Origin: Desulfobacterales bacterium
GTDB taxonomy: Bacteria; Desulfobacterota; Desulfobacteria; Desulfobacterales; UBA5852
Reading direction: 5' to 3'
Assembly: GCA_963674755.2 (NCBI GenBank)
Contig: CAXXVS010000003.1
Span: 2,304,001 to 2,368,000, forward strand
Length of the DNA: 64,000 bases
The position numbers were made by a program, and so were the translations under genes. Below the pieces are notes generated by a model. It saw nothing but the letters and a program-made list of their open reading frames with translations, made no database searches and was not told where the DNA came from. Positions 19,550 through 29,432 of this stretch are shown here, one piece after another. Every line of letters begins with the position of its first letter. Positions within the stretch are counted from its first letter, which is position 1.

Positions 19550-22276
19550 ATGGTAAAGAAACAGCTGGTGATCAATCAGGTTCCCCGAACCCTCATTGTG
19601 GACGCGGACAGCTCTCTGGCCCAGGTGCTCCGGGAACAATTGCGCCTCACCGGCACCAAGGTGGGCTGCGGCCAGGGGCAATGCGGCTGCTGCAATGTCA
19701 TTTTGAACGACAAGCTGGTGCGCTCCTGCGTGACCCCCATGAACAAAGTCCCGGACGGCGCCCATATCCTGACCATCGAGGGCCTGGGGGACGCGACCCA
19801 CCTGCATCCGGTCCAGCTCTCCTGGATGGTGCACGGCGGCGCCCAGTGCGGCTTTTGCAGCCCGGGCTTCATCGTTTCCACCAAGGCCCTCCTGGACAGC
19901 AACCCCGATCCCAGCCGGGAAGACATCCGCCGCTGGTTCCAGGTGCACCGCAACGCCTGCCGCTGCACCGGCTACAAACAACTGGTGGATGCGGTCCAGG
20001 ATGCGGGCCGCGTGCTGCGGGGCGAACTCACCATGGAAGAGCTCATGTTCAAGATCCCGGCCGACGGCCGCATCTGGGGCAGCACCATTCCCCGCCCCAG
20101 CGCCCTGGCCAAGGTCACCGGCACCTGCGACTACGGGGCCGACACCGGCGTCAAAATGCCGCCCGAGACCCTGCAGCTGGCCCTGGTGCAGGCCGAGATC
20201 TCCCATGCCAATATCCGCGCCATCGATACCGCCGACGCCGAAAAGATGCCCGGGGTGGTCAAGATCCTCACCCACCGGGATGTCCAGGGCAAAAACCGCA
20301 TCAACGGGCTGGTGCTGTTTCCGGTGGGCCATCTGGGGGACGGCTGGGACAGGCCCATCCTGTGCGATGAGAAAGTCTACCAGTATGGGGATGCCATCGC
20401 CATCGTCTGCGCCGACAGCGAGGCCCATGCCCGGGCCGCGGCCGCCAAGGTCAAGGTCGACCTGGAGCCCCTGCCGGCTTATATGAGCGCCCCGGCCGCC
20501 ATGGCCGAGGATGCCATCGAGATCCACCCGGGCACCCCCAATATCTATTTCACCCAGAAGATCATCAAGGGCGAGGATACGGTCCCCGTTTTCCGCGATG
20601 CCGCCCATGTGATCGAGGACGACTTCTATGTGGGCCGCCAGCCCCACATGCCCATGGAACCGGATGTGGGCTACGCCTATCTGGACGATGAGGAGGGGCT
20701 GCATATCGGCAGCAAGTCCATCGCGCTTTACACCCATCACCTGATGATCGCCGAGGGGTTGGGCGTGGCGCCGGAAAAACTCTTCCTGGCCCAGAACCCC
20801 ACCGGCGGCACCTTCGGCTATAAATTCAGCCCCACCATGGAAGCCCTCGTGGGAGTGGCCTGTCTGGCTACGGGCCGGCCCGTGGTCCTGCGCTACGACT
20901 ACCATCAGCAGATGACCTATACGGGCAAACGCTCGCCCTTTTTCATTCACCTGCGCCTGGCCGCCGATGCCGACGGCAAGCTTTTGGGCATGGAATCGGA
21001 CTGGACCGTGGACCACGGGCCCTATTCCGAATTCGGCGACTTGCTCACCCAGCGGGGCGCCCAATTTATCGGTGCGGGCTACGATATCCCCCACATCCGG
21101 GGCATCGGCCGTACGGTGTGCACCAACCACGCCTGGGGATCGGCCTTCCGGGCCTATGGCGGCCCCCAGAGCGAATTCGCCTCCGAGGTGCTCATGGACC
21201 TCCTGGCCGAGAAGCTCGGCCAGGATCCCCTGGAGCTGCGCTACGCCAACGTGCTGCGGCCCGGGGCCACCATGCCCCACGGACAGGCCCCCGAAGTCTA
21301 CAGCTATCCTGAAATGCTCGACATCCTGCGGCCCAAGTACCAGGAGGCCCTGAAGCGAACCCGGGCCGCCTCCAGCGACACGCTCAAACGCGGGGTGGGC
21401 ATTTCCCTGGGCATGTACGGCTGCGGCGGCGACGGACCGGATCCTTCGGCCGTGGCGGCCGAGTTGGGGCCGGACAACAGCGTCACCATCTACAACACCT
21501 GGTCCGACCACGGCCAGGGCGCCGACGCCGGCACCCTGGGCACGGCCCACGAGGCCCTGCGCCCCCTCGGGGTGCCGCCGGAAAAGATCCGCCTCGTGAT
21601 GAACGACATGGCCACTTGCCCGGACAGCGGCCCCTCGGGCGGCAGCCGCCAGCAGGTGGTCACCGGCCGGGCCATCATCGCCGCCTGCCAGGCCCTGCTG
21701 GATGCCATGCGCAAATCCGACGGCAGCTACCGCACCTTTGATGAGATGCAGGCCGAAGGCCTGCCCCTCAAATACGAGGGCCAGTGGACCACACCCTGCA
21801 CGGTCTGCGATGAAAACGGCAAAGGCGACCCCTTCCCGGTCTATATGTACGGGGTTTTCATGGCCGAGGTGGCCGTGGAAACCGCTACAGGCAAAACCAC
21901 GGTGGAAAAGATGACCCTGGTGGCCGACATCGGCAAGATCAACAACCGTCTGGTCACCGACGGGCAGATTTTCGGGGGGCTGGCCCAGGGCATCGGCCTG
22001 GCCCTGTGGGAGGATTTCGAAGACATTCAAAAGCACAGTACCCTCAAGGGCGCAGGGTTTCCCTATTGCGAACAGATCCCGGACACCATGGAAATCATCT
22101 ATGTGGAAAACAGCCGCCCCGAGGGTCCCTTCGGGGCAGCCGGGGTCGGGGAACTGCCGCTGACCAGCCCCCATGCGGCCATCATCAACGCCATCAACAA
22201 GGCCTGCGGCGTCTGCATCAAACAGCTGCCGGCCCTGCCGGAGAAAGTGCTGGCCGGGTTGAAAAGCGATAGGTAA
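19550..22276 (+). CDS. mop: Molybdopterin aldehyde oxidoreductase (Mop/xanthine oxidase family)
   Basis: 908 aa; 2x[2Fe-2S] (GCGQGQCGCC, QCGFC, CRCTGY), GGTFG, AFRAYG, GVGELP. Confidence 0.92.
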   Translation: MVKKQLVINQVPRTLIVDADSSLAQVLREQLRLTGTKVGCGQGQCGCCNVILNDKLVRSCVTPMNKVPDGAHILTIEGLGDATHLHPVQLSWMVHGGAQCGFCSPGFIVSTKALLDSNPDPSREDIRRWFQVHRNACRCTGYKQLVDAVQDAGRVLRGELTMEELMFKIPADGRIWGSTIPRPSALAKVTGTCDYGADTGVKMPPETLQLALVQAEISHANIRAIDTADAEKMPGVVKILTHRDVQGKNRINGLVLFPVGHLGDGWDRPILCDEKVYQYGDAIAIVCADSEAHARAAAAKVKVDLEPLPAYMSAPAAMAEDAIEIHPGTPNIYFTQKIIKGEDTVPVFRDAAHVIEDDFYVGRQPHMPMEPDVGYAYLDDEEGLHIGSKSIALYTHHLMIAEGLGVAPEKLFLAQNPTGGTFGYKFSPTMEALVGVACLATGRPVVLRYDYHQQMTYTGKRSPFFIHLRLAADADGKLLGMESDWTVDHGPYSEFGDLLTQRGAQFIGAGYDIPHIRGIGRTVCTNHAWGSAFRAYGGPQSEFASEVLMDLLAEKLGQDPLELRYANVLRPGATMPHGQAPEVYSYPEMLDILRPKYQEALKRTRAASSDTLKRGVGISLGMYGCGGDGPDPSAVAAELGPDNSVTIYNTWSDHGQGADAGTLGTAHEALRPLGVPPEKIRLVMNDMATCPDSGPSGGSRQQVVTGRAIIAACQALLDAMRKSDGSYRTFDEMQAEGLPLKYEGQWTTPCTVCDENGKGDPFPVYMYGVFMAEVAVETATGKTTVEKMTLVADIGKINNRLVTDGQIFGGLAQGIGLALWEDFEDIQKHSTLKGAGFPYCEQIPDTMEIIYVENSRPEGPFGAAGVGELPLTSPHAAIINAINKACGVCIKQLPALPEKVLAGLKSDR

Positions 22277-22454
22277 TCAGCTGGAGTTTCGCTTCGCTCC
22301 CGACGTATTGACTGTTAGCGCCTCTGGCAATCACCCGGAGCGCGTTAGCTAAGTGGCCCTATTCACAAATACGATGACATTCGGTCGCCAATCAATCCTG
22401 TCTGGACGGCGTTGCGAAGACACGATATATGCGGCAAGGTGCCTGAGGCCATTT

Positions 22455-23083
22455 CCGCCACCGGGTACGATGCGGTGCTGGCCGAGGGCCTTATCCACGC
22501 CGCAGCTCAATGGGACCTCGAAGACATCGCGGTGCACGTCAAGGGACTGGAGCCGGCCGGCTACGATCCCAGTCCCCTGAAGGGCATGGGGCTGGCCTAC
22601 GCTACTTCCGACCGGGGGGCCTGCCACCTGCGGACCAAGTTTTACAAGCCCGAACTCAGCGGGATGATCGATCCGGGCCAGGTGGAGGGCAAGGCCGAGC
22701 TGTTCATCGACTTCGAGGACCGCCTGACCCTTTTCGACACCCTTATTTTGTGCCGGTTTTACCGGGATCTTTATCCCTGGGAGGCTCTCCGGGAGATGCT
22801 GAAGGCTCTCACCGGGATCGACGAGGATATCGCCGGCCTGCGTCGAAAGGCGGCGGCCAGCGCCACCCTCACGCGGCGCTTCAACATCCGGGAGGGTCTG
22901 ACCTCCCAGGACGACCGTCTGCCCCGCCAGCTGCATCGCCGCCTGGAAGATTCGGAGCAGGTGGTCACCGAAGAAGAGATCCATACCATGGTGCAGGACT
23001 ACTACCGGTTGCGCGGTTGGGATACATCAGGCCGACCTTTACACGAAGAAAACGCAAATAAAAAAATAGTAACTTTTTCCTGA
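22455..23083 (+). pseudogene. C-terminal fragment of a tungsten aldehyde:ferredoxin oxidoreductase
   Basis: HVKGLEPAGYDPS.LKGMGLAYATSDRGACH, YYRLRGWD; N-terminal two-thirds missing and DPR arginine lost. Confidence 0.85.
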
Positions 23084-23242
23084 AAGACTTTGCTCGCCAT
23101 ATACTAAGGGGATATGATACACCCGACACGCAAATCATCTTGTAAGCGTCAATAGTGGAGTTAGAACTTCTCCATGTCGGATGTTTTTTACCTCATAATA
23201 AAACTTTTCTATGCTACTTCATCGCTATAAATGGAGGCCCTG

Positions 23243-24970
23243 ATGAAACTGATCAAAGTCGATCTGACGGCGAAAACCATTCAAACCGAGGATCTCCCTT
23301 CCGCATACGAAGGACTTGGCGGTCGGGCCCTGACCTCGAACTACATCAACGACCATGTGCCCGCCGGGTGTGATCCCCTGGGCCCGGAGAATATCCTGAT
23401 CTTCGCCCCAGGCTATTTCAGCGGGACGCCCCTGGTTAACACCAGCCGGCTTTCCGTGGGCGCCAAGAGCCCCCTGACGGGCGGCATCAAGGAGAGCAAC
23501 GTGGGGGGCACGGCGGCGGCCGCTTTGGCCAACCTGGGCATTTCGGCTCTCGTGGTGGAGGGCCAGGCCCCCGAAGGGGAGTCCTGGCTGCTCAAGATCG
23601 ATGCGCAAGGGCAGGCGGCCTTGATCGATGGTGCGGACTGCCGCGGCCTGCGCACCTATGCTTTGGCGGAGAAGCTTCTCGCGGCCCACGGCCCCAAGAA
23701 CAATATCACCTGCATCGGGCCGGCGGGAGAGGATCTGCTGAGTGCGGCCTCCATCCAGACCACCGACCTGGACGACCATCCCTGCCGGGCGGCCGGACGC
23801 GGCGGCCTGGGGGCGGTCATGGGCTCCAAGGGACTCAAAGCGCTGATCGTTAGCCGTTCGGGCAAGGCCGCCGATCCTCTGGCCGATCCGGCGGCCTTCA
23901 AGGCGGCGGCCAAGGCTTACGCCCAGGCGGTCAAGGCCGACGAGTTCAGCGGCGAGATCCTGCCCGAGCTGGGCTCGGCCTGCCTGGTGGAGGCCATCAA
24001 CGAGGTGGGGGCCTTTCCGACCCGCAATGCCCGGGAGGGCCAGTTCGAGGACGCCGACAAGATCAGCGGGGAGGCCATGGCCCGCATCATTCGCGCGCGC
24101 GGCGGCAAGACCACCCACAAGGGCTGCGCCCAATGCATCATCGACTGCTCCAACGAGTATGTCGACCCCCAGGGCAACTATGTGACCTCTTCCCTGGAGT
24201 ACGAGACCATCTGGTCCATGGGCGGCATGATCGGCAACGGCGATTTGGACGCCATCGCCCGGCTCGATTTTCTCTGCGACGACATCGGGCTGGACACCAT
24301 CAGCACCGGGGTGGCCATCGCCGTGGCCATGGATGCCGGCTACAAATCCTTCGGCGACGCCCAGGCCGCCATCGCCATGGTGGAGGAAGTGGCGCAAGGC
24401 ACCGCCTTCGGCAAAATCATCGGCAGCGGGCCGGCGGCTGTGGGCAAGCACTTCAACCATGAGCGGGTGCCGGTCATGAAGGGCCAGAGCATGGCGGCCT
24501 ACGACCCCCGCGCCATCCAGGGCATGGCGGTCACCTATGCCACCTCGCCCATGGGGGGCGACCACACGGCCGGCTGGGTGGTGGATCAGAACCTGGAAGC
24601 CTTCGGCGGCACCCTCGACCGGTTTTCGGCCGAAGGGCAGGTGGAGGCCTCCCGCAACACCCAGATTCACATGGCAGCGGTGGATACGGTGGGCATCTGT
24701 GATTTTGCCCAGTCCGGCCTGGCCGCCGAGGGGGGGATGGACAACGTCTATCGGATGGTGGCCGCCAAATCCGGCCTGCCCTTCGGCGAAGACGACTGGC
24801 ATGCACTGGGGCTGCGGGTGCTGAAGGCCGAGCGGGCCTTCAACCGGCGGGCCGGCTTCACGGCGGCCGACGACCACCTGCCGCGCATGTTCTATGAAGA
24901 ACCCCTGCCGCCCCACAACAAGGTGGTGGTCATCAGTCCGGAGGAGCTTGAAAATACCTTTGATTTCTAA
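23243..24970 (+). CDS. Aldehyde:ferredoxin oxidoreductase family (W-AOR)
   Basis: KSPLTGGIKES, AGRGGLGAVMGSK, CAQCIIDC, YDPR; GGAGG RBS before ATG 23243. Confidence 0.92.
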   Translation: MKLIKVDLTAKTIQTEDLPSAYEGLGGRALTSNYINDHVPAGCDPLGPENILIFAPGYFSGTPLVNTSRLSVGAKSPLTGGIKESNVGGTAAAALANLGISALVVEGQAPEGESWLLKIDAQGQAALIDGADCRGLRTYALAEKLLAAHGPKNNITCIGPAGEDLLSAASIQTTDLDDHPCRAAGRGGLGAVMGSKGLKALIVSRSGKAADPLADPAAFKAAAKAYAQAVKADEFSGEILPELGSACLVEAINEVGAFPTRNAREGQFEDADKISGEAMARIIRARGGKTTHKGCAQCIIDCSNEYVDPQGNYVTSSLEYETIWSMGGMIGNGDLDAIARLDFLCDDIGLDTISTGVAIAVAMDAGYKSFGDAQAAIAMVEEVAQGTAFGKIIGSGPAAVGKHFNHERVPVMKGQSMAAYDPRAIQGMAVTYATSPMGGDHTAGWVVDQNLEAFGGTLDRFSAEGQVEASRNTQIHMAAVDTVGICDFAQSGLAAEGGMDNVYRMVAAKSGLPFGEDDWHALGLRVLKAERAFNRRAGFTAADDHLPRMFYEEPLPPHNKVVVISPEELENTFDF

Positions 24971-24981
24971 AAGGAGGCATA

Positions 24982-27645
24982 GTGCAAAAAGTCACATTGA
25001 AGATTAACGGCTGCTCACGGCAGGTGGTGGCCGATCAGGACATGGTGCTCCTGGATCTGCTGCGTGAGCATTTTCATCTGACAGGCACCAAGCAGTCCTG
25101 CGACCGTAAAGGGCAGTGCGGGGCCTGTACAGTGATTGTGAACGGCAAGGCGGTGCTGTCCTGCCTGACCAAGGTGGCCAAGCTCGACGGCGCGGAGGTC
25201 ATCAGCGTGGAGGGGCTGGGCACGCCGGACAATCCCCACCTGATCCAGGAGGCCTTTGTGCTGGCGGGCGCCATCCAGTGCGGCTACTGCACGCCCGGCA
25301 TGATCATGGCGGCCAAGGCGCTGTTGGACGGGAATCCGGATCCCACGGATGATGAGATCAAACACGGCCTGCGGCGCAATCTGTGCCGGTGTACGGGGTA
25401 TGCCAAGCTCATCGATGCGGTGCGGCTGGCCGGCCGTTTCCTGCGAGGGGAGATCACTCCCGCCGCGATTCGTCCCAAGGTCACCGATGCCAAGATGGGG
25501 GTCTCCCACCCGCGGCCCTCGGCCCTGGCCAAGGCCTGCGGTACGGCCCCGTTCGCGGCCGACATCCAAATGCCCGGGGCCGCCGAGATCGCCGTGGTGC
25601 GAAGCCCCCATTTCCATGCGGCCATCAAATCCATCGACTGCACGGCGGCCGAGGCCATGCCCGGCGTGATCGGTACCCTGACGGCCAAGGATATCAAGGG
25701 CACCAACCGCCTGAAATACATTGTGGAGGACCGGCCGATTCTGTGCGAGGACCGCGTGCGCACCCTGGGCGACGCCGTGGCCGTGGTGGTGGCCGAGACC
25801 CGCGAGCAGGCCCAAGCCGCCGCCCAGGCGGTGAAGGTGGACTACGCGCCGCTGCCCGAACTGCGCAGCCCGGCCCAGTCCCTGGCGCCGGATGCGCCCC
25901 AGATCCATCCGGACCGGCCGAACCTGTGCTTCCGCCAGCCGGTGATCAAGGGGGACGCGGATGCCGCTTTCGCATCGGCCGCGGCCGTGGTGGAACACCG
26001 TTTCACCACCCAGATCAACCACCAGGCGCCCATGGAACCGGAAAACAGCGTCGCCTTCATGGAAGGCGAGGGCGAGGATGCCGAGCTGGTGGTCATGGGG
26101 CGCAGCATCAACATCCACCTGCACATGGCCACCCTCCAGGCAGCCCTGGGATTCGAGAACATCCGTTATGAGGAAACCTTTTCCGGCGGTCAGTTCGGCA
26201 TCAAGCTGGAGATCTTCACCGAGGGGATCGCCGCGGCCGCGGCCCTGAAGTTCAAGCAGCCGGTGCGCTACATCCCCAGCCTGGCCGAATCCATGCTGAT
26301 CACCTCCAAGCGCCACCCCTTCGACATGCAGATCAAACTGGGGGCCGACACCGACGGGAAGATTACGGCGCTATCCATGGATATCACCGTGGACAACGGG
26401 GCCTATCACTCCATTGGCAACGTGATCATCAACCGCGCCTTGCACATGCTCTCCAGCTCTTACTACATTCCCAACATCAAGGTGGCCTCCCAGCTGGTGT
26501 ACACCAACAACCCGTGGGGCAGCGCGGCCCGCGGGGCCGGTCCGCCCCAGGCGCACTACGCCCTGGAATGCGCGGTGGACATGCTGGCGGAAAAACTGGC
26601 CATGGACCCGTTGGCCCTGCGCAAACGCAATTCACTCCAACCGGGACAGACCAAGGCCACCGGTCATGTGATCGATGAGTGGGCCTTCGAAGGATTATGT
26701 GAGGCGATCCAACCCGCTTACGCGCGTGCCGTGGCCGATGCGGCCCAGGCTGCTGACGGGCCGCTCAAACGCGGTATCGGCCTGGGGGCGGCGGCCTTCG
26801 GCATCGCCTTTCCGGGGGACAAATCCATCAGCGCGGTGGAACTGGAGCCCGACGATGGCGTGACGGTCTATGCCGCCGCGGCCGACCCCGGGGAGGGCAA
26901 CGATGCCATGCTCACCCAGTTGGCCGCCCAGGTGCTGGACCTGCCCCTGGACCGGGTGCGGGCCGACACCCGCCGCACCGACCGTACGGCCGCCAGCGGG
27001 CCGGCCTCGGGCAGCCGGGTGACCTTCATGATCGGCGGGGCCACGGTGGATGCTTTAAAGCAGCTCCGGCAGGCCATGGACGAAGTGGGGGCCAAGACCC
27101 ATGCAGCCTTTGTGGCCGCCGGCCGGCCGACGCGCTATGTGGGGCATAAAGCGGTGACGAATACCGCGCCCCTGGATCCGGAGACCGGGCAAGGCCCCTC
27201 CTCGGACTCGGACGTGCACGCCATTCAGCTGGCCGAGGTGGAGGTGAACACCGAAAGCGGCGAGGTGCGGGTGTTGAAGATGACCGCGGCGGTGGACGCC
27301 GGTCCGGTCATCAACCCCAACAACCTTGAGGGGCAGATGCAGGGCGGCATGGACATGGGGGTGGGCTATGCCTTGCGGGAGAAGTATATCGCCGGAGAGA
27401 CCACGGATTGGCGTACCTTCCGGTTTCCGACCATGAAAACCGCTTTTGATACAGCCGTGATCACCCGGGAGACGCCGCGCAAACGGGGTACCCTGGGGTC
27501 CACCGGCGTCGGCGAGATGGCCATGGTCTCCACGGCGCCGGCCGTGATCAACGCCATCTATAACGCCTGCGGGGTCTGGGTCAGCGATCTGCCCGCCACG
27601 CCGGACAAGATCAAAGCCGCTCTACAGGCCCGCGGGAAGGGATGA
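24982..27645 (+). CDS. Second Mop-like molybdo-aldehyde oxidoreductase
   Basis: 2x[2Fe-2S], GGQFG, AARGAG, GVGEM; AAGGAGG RBS, GTG start. Confidence 0.9.
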   Translation: MQKVTLKINGCSRQVVADQDMVLLDLLREHFHLTGTKQSCDRKGQCGACTVIVNGKAVLSCLTKVAKLDGAEVISVEGLGTPDNPHLIQEAFVLAGAIQCGYCTPGMIMAAKALLDGNPDPTDDEIKHGLRRNLCRCTGYAKLIDAVRLAGRFLRGEITPAAIRPKVTDAKMGVSHPRPSALAKACGTAPFAADIQMPGAAEIAVVRSPHFHAAIKSIDCTAAEAMPGVIGTLTAKDIKGTNRLKYIVEDRPILCEDRVRTLGDAVAVVVAETREQAQAAAQAVKVDYAPLPELRSPAQSLAPDAPQIHPDRPNLCFRQPVIKGDADAAFASAAAVVEHRFTTQINHQAPMEPENSVAFMEGEGEDAELVVMGRSINIHLHMATLQAALGFENIRYEETFSGGQFGIKLEIFTEGIAAAAALKFKQPVRYIPSLAESMLITSKRHPFDMQIKLGADTDGKITALSMDITVDNGAYHSIGNVIINRALHMLSSSYYIPNIKVASQLVYTNNPWGSAARGAGPPQAHYALECAVDMLAEKLAMDPLALRKRNSLQPGQTKATGHVIDEWAFEGLCEAIQPAYARAVADAAQAADGPLKRGIGLGAAAFGIAFPGDKSISAVELEPDDGVTVYAAAADPGEGNDAMLTQLAAQVLDLPLDRVRADTRRTDRTAASGPASGSRVTFMIGGATVDALKQLRQAMDEVGAKTHAAFVAAGRPTRYVGHKAVTNTAPLDPETGQGPSSDSDVHAIQLAEVEVNTESGEVRVLKMTAAVDAGPVINPNNLEGQMQGGMDMGVGYALREKYIAGETTDWRTFRFPTMKTAFDTAVITRETPRKRGTLGSTGVGEMAMVSTAPAVINAIYNACGVWVSDLPATPDKIKAALQARGKG

Positions 27646-28008
27646 ATGCACGCCGACGACCAGGGCCTTCCGGCCGATCAGGGACGGGACCGGCGGCTGC
27701 GCCGCATTGCCGGGCAGGACGTCTACGTCGACTGGGAGGATTTCCTGTGGGACCCCCAGGATTGGAGTGAGGCGATGGCCCTGGCCCTGGCCCGCGAGAG
27801 CGGGATGGACGGCCTCGACGACGCCCACTGGCGGGTGATCCGGTTCATGCGCGGGTTTTACTTTTATCATGGCCGGGCGCCCATGAACAAAGACCTGCGT
27901 AAAGGCACCGGGATGAGCCTGATGGCCCTGAAGGCCTTGTTTCCCCAGGGGATCCGCCAAGGTGCCCGGCGTCTGGCGGGGCTGCCCAATCCCAAGGCCT
28001 GTCTCTGA
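27646..28008 (+). CDS. TusE/DsrC-family sulfur relay protein (single C-terminal Cys)
   Basis: HWRVIRFMR, LFP.G, AGLPNPKACL. Confidence 0.85.
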   Translation: MHADDQGLPADQGRDRRLRRIAGQDVYVDWEDFLWDPQDWSEAMALALARESGMDGLDDAHWRVIRFMRGFYFYHGRAPMNKDLRKGTGMSLMALKALFPQGIRQGARRLAGLPNPKACL

Positions 28009-28106
28009 GCCTGGCCACCCAAGGCCGGTGGATGCCAGGAAAGAGGGTGCTTCGCCCGGGACGCTCCGGTCCGGGGGACATCAAGGCACGCAAGAGGGGA
28101 ACACGT

Positions 28107-29255
28107 GTGATTTATCTGGACAATGCGGCCACCACCTTTCCCAAGCCCCGTGGTCTGCTGGACCGGATGGTGGCGGACTATGCCGCGATCGGTGTTTCGC
28201 CGGGCCGGGGCAGCTATGATATGGCCATGGCCGCCGAGGATGTGATCCACGCCGCGCGTACCAAGTTGGCCGCCTTTTTTGGCGCGCCTGATCCCCGACA
28301 CGTGATTTTTACGTCCAATGCCACAGACGCTTTGAACCTGGCCCTGATGGGCTCCCTCAAGGCCGGCGACCACGTCGTCACCACCCGCCTGGAGCACAAC
28401 GCCGTGCTGCGGCCCCTATATCACCTGCAGCGGAAGGGCGACATCACCCTGAGCCTCGTGCCCTTCGGCGGTAAGGGCTTCATCGATCCGGACGACATTG
28501 CCCGGGCCATCCGGCCGGAAACCCGGCTGGTGGTGGTCAATCATGCCTCCAATGTGCTGGGAACGGTCCAGCCGGTGGCAGCCGTGGGCGCGATCTGCGC
28601 GGAACGCGGGGTGGCCCTGTTGGTGGATGCCTCCCAGAGCGCCGGTCAGGTGCCTGTTGACATGGCGGCCTTGCAGGCTTCGGCCGTGGCCTTCACCGGC
28701 CACAAATCCCTCTACGGACCGACCGGCACCGGTGGATTGATCCTGCACCCGGATTTCGAGGTGCGCTCCACGCGTTTCGGGGGGACCGGCATCGAATCCC
28801 GCAGCCCGGTCCATACCCAGGATTTCCCCTACCGTCTGGAAGCCGGCACCTCCAACCTGATGGGCATCATCGGCCTTGCCCTGGCTGTCGATGATCTGCT
28901 CGATACAGGTTTGGAGGCCATACGCCGGCAGGAGATGGCGCTGACCCGCCGTTTGGTAGACGGACTGCGCTGCCTAAAGGGGGTCCGGCTATATGGGGCC
29001 GAAGACCTGGATCGCCATCTGGCCGTCATCGCGGCCAATGTCGAGGGGATCGCGCCGGAGGACGTGGGGGCCATTCTCGATGCGGACTTCGACATCGCCG
29101 TGCGGGTGGGGCTGCACTGCGCTCCGTTGGTGCATGCGGACCTGGGTACTGACGAACGGGGCGCCGTGCGCTTCAGTCTGGGACGCTATAATACGGCCGA
29201 CGAGATCGATCAGGCCATTAACGGCATGGCCGCCATTGCCGGACACGCCCGTTAG
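28107..29255 (+). CDS. Cysteine desulfurase family (class V PLP)
   Basis: YLDNAATT, EHNAV, GHKSL, RVGLHCAP; GTG start at 28107. Confidence 0.9.
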   Translation: MIYLDNAATTFPKPRGLLDRMVADYAAIGVSPGRGSYDMAMAAEDVIHAARTKLAAFFGAPDPRHVIFTSNATDALNLALMGSLKAGDHVVTTRLEHNAVLRPLYHLQRKGDITLSLVPFGGKGFIDPDDIARAIRPETRLVVVNHASNVLGTVQPVAAVGAICAERGVALLVDASQSAGQVPVDMAALQASAVAFTGHKSLYGPTGTGGLILHPDFEVRSTRFGGTGIESRSPVHTQDFPYRLEAGTSNLMGIIGLALAVDDLLDTGLEAIRRQEMALTRRLVDGLRCLKGVRLYGAEDLDRHLAVIAANVEGIAPEDVGAILDADFDIAVRVGLHCAPLVHADLGTDERGAVRFSLGRYNTADEIDQAINGMAAIAGHAR

Positions 29256-29432
29256 CGGTCGTCGTTCTCCATCAGCAATAGGGAGGCAAAGCAAACTGCG
29301 CAGTTCACGGCAGGCTTCTTATTGCTTTGACTACCTGCTTCCCAATTTGTTATCACTGATTGCATAATTTACTGGATGTAAGAGAAGGTCGCTTTCTGCG
29401 GTTCCAGCTCGAGGTAGTTAAAATCTGCCCGT

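Noticed and set aside
22280..22355. attC-like words (cgcttcgctc, cgttagc) after mop
   Set aside because: Could not build paired L/R boxes
19541..26316. Long minus-strand ORFs (877, 563, 433 aa)
   Set aside because: Antisense shadows of GC-rich oxidoreductase genes; no recognisable motifs
27646..28008. True dissimilatory DsrC
   Set aside because: Lacks the second conserved Cys; no dsr genes in the window
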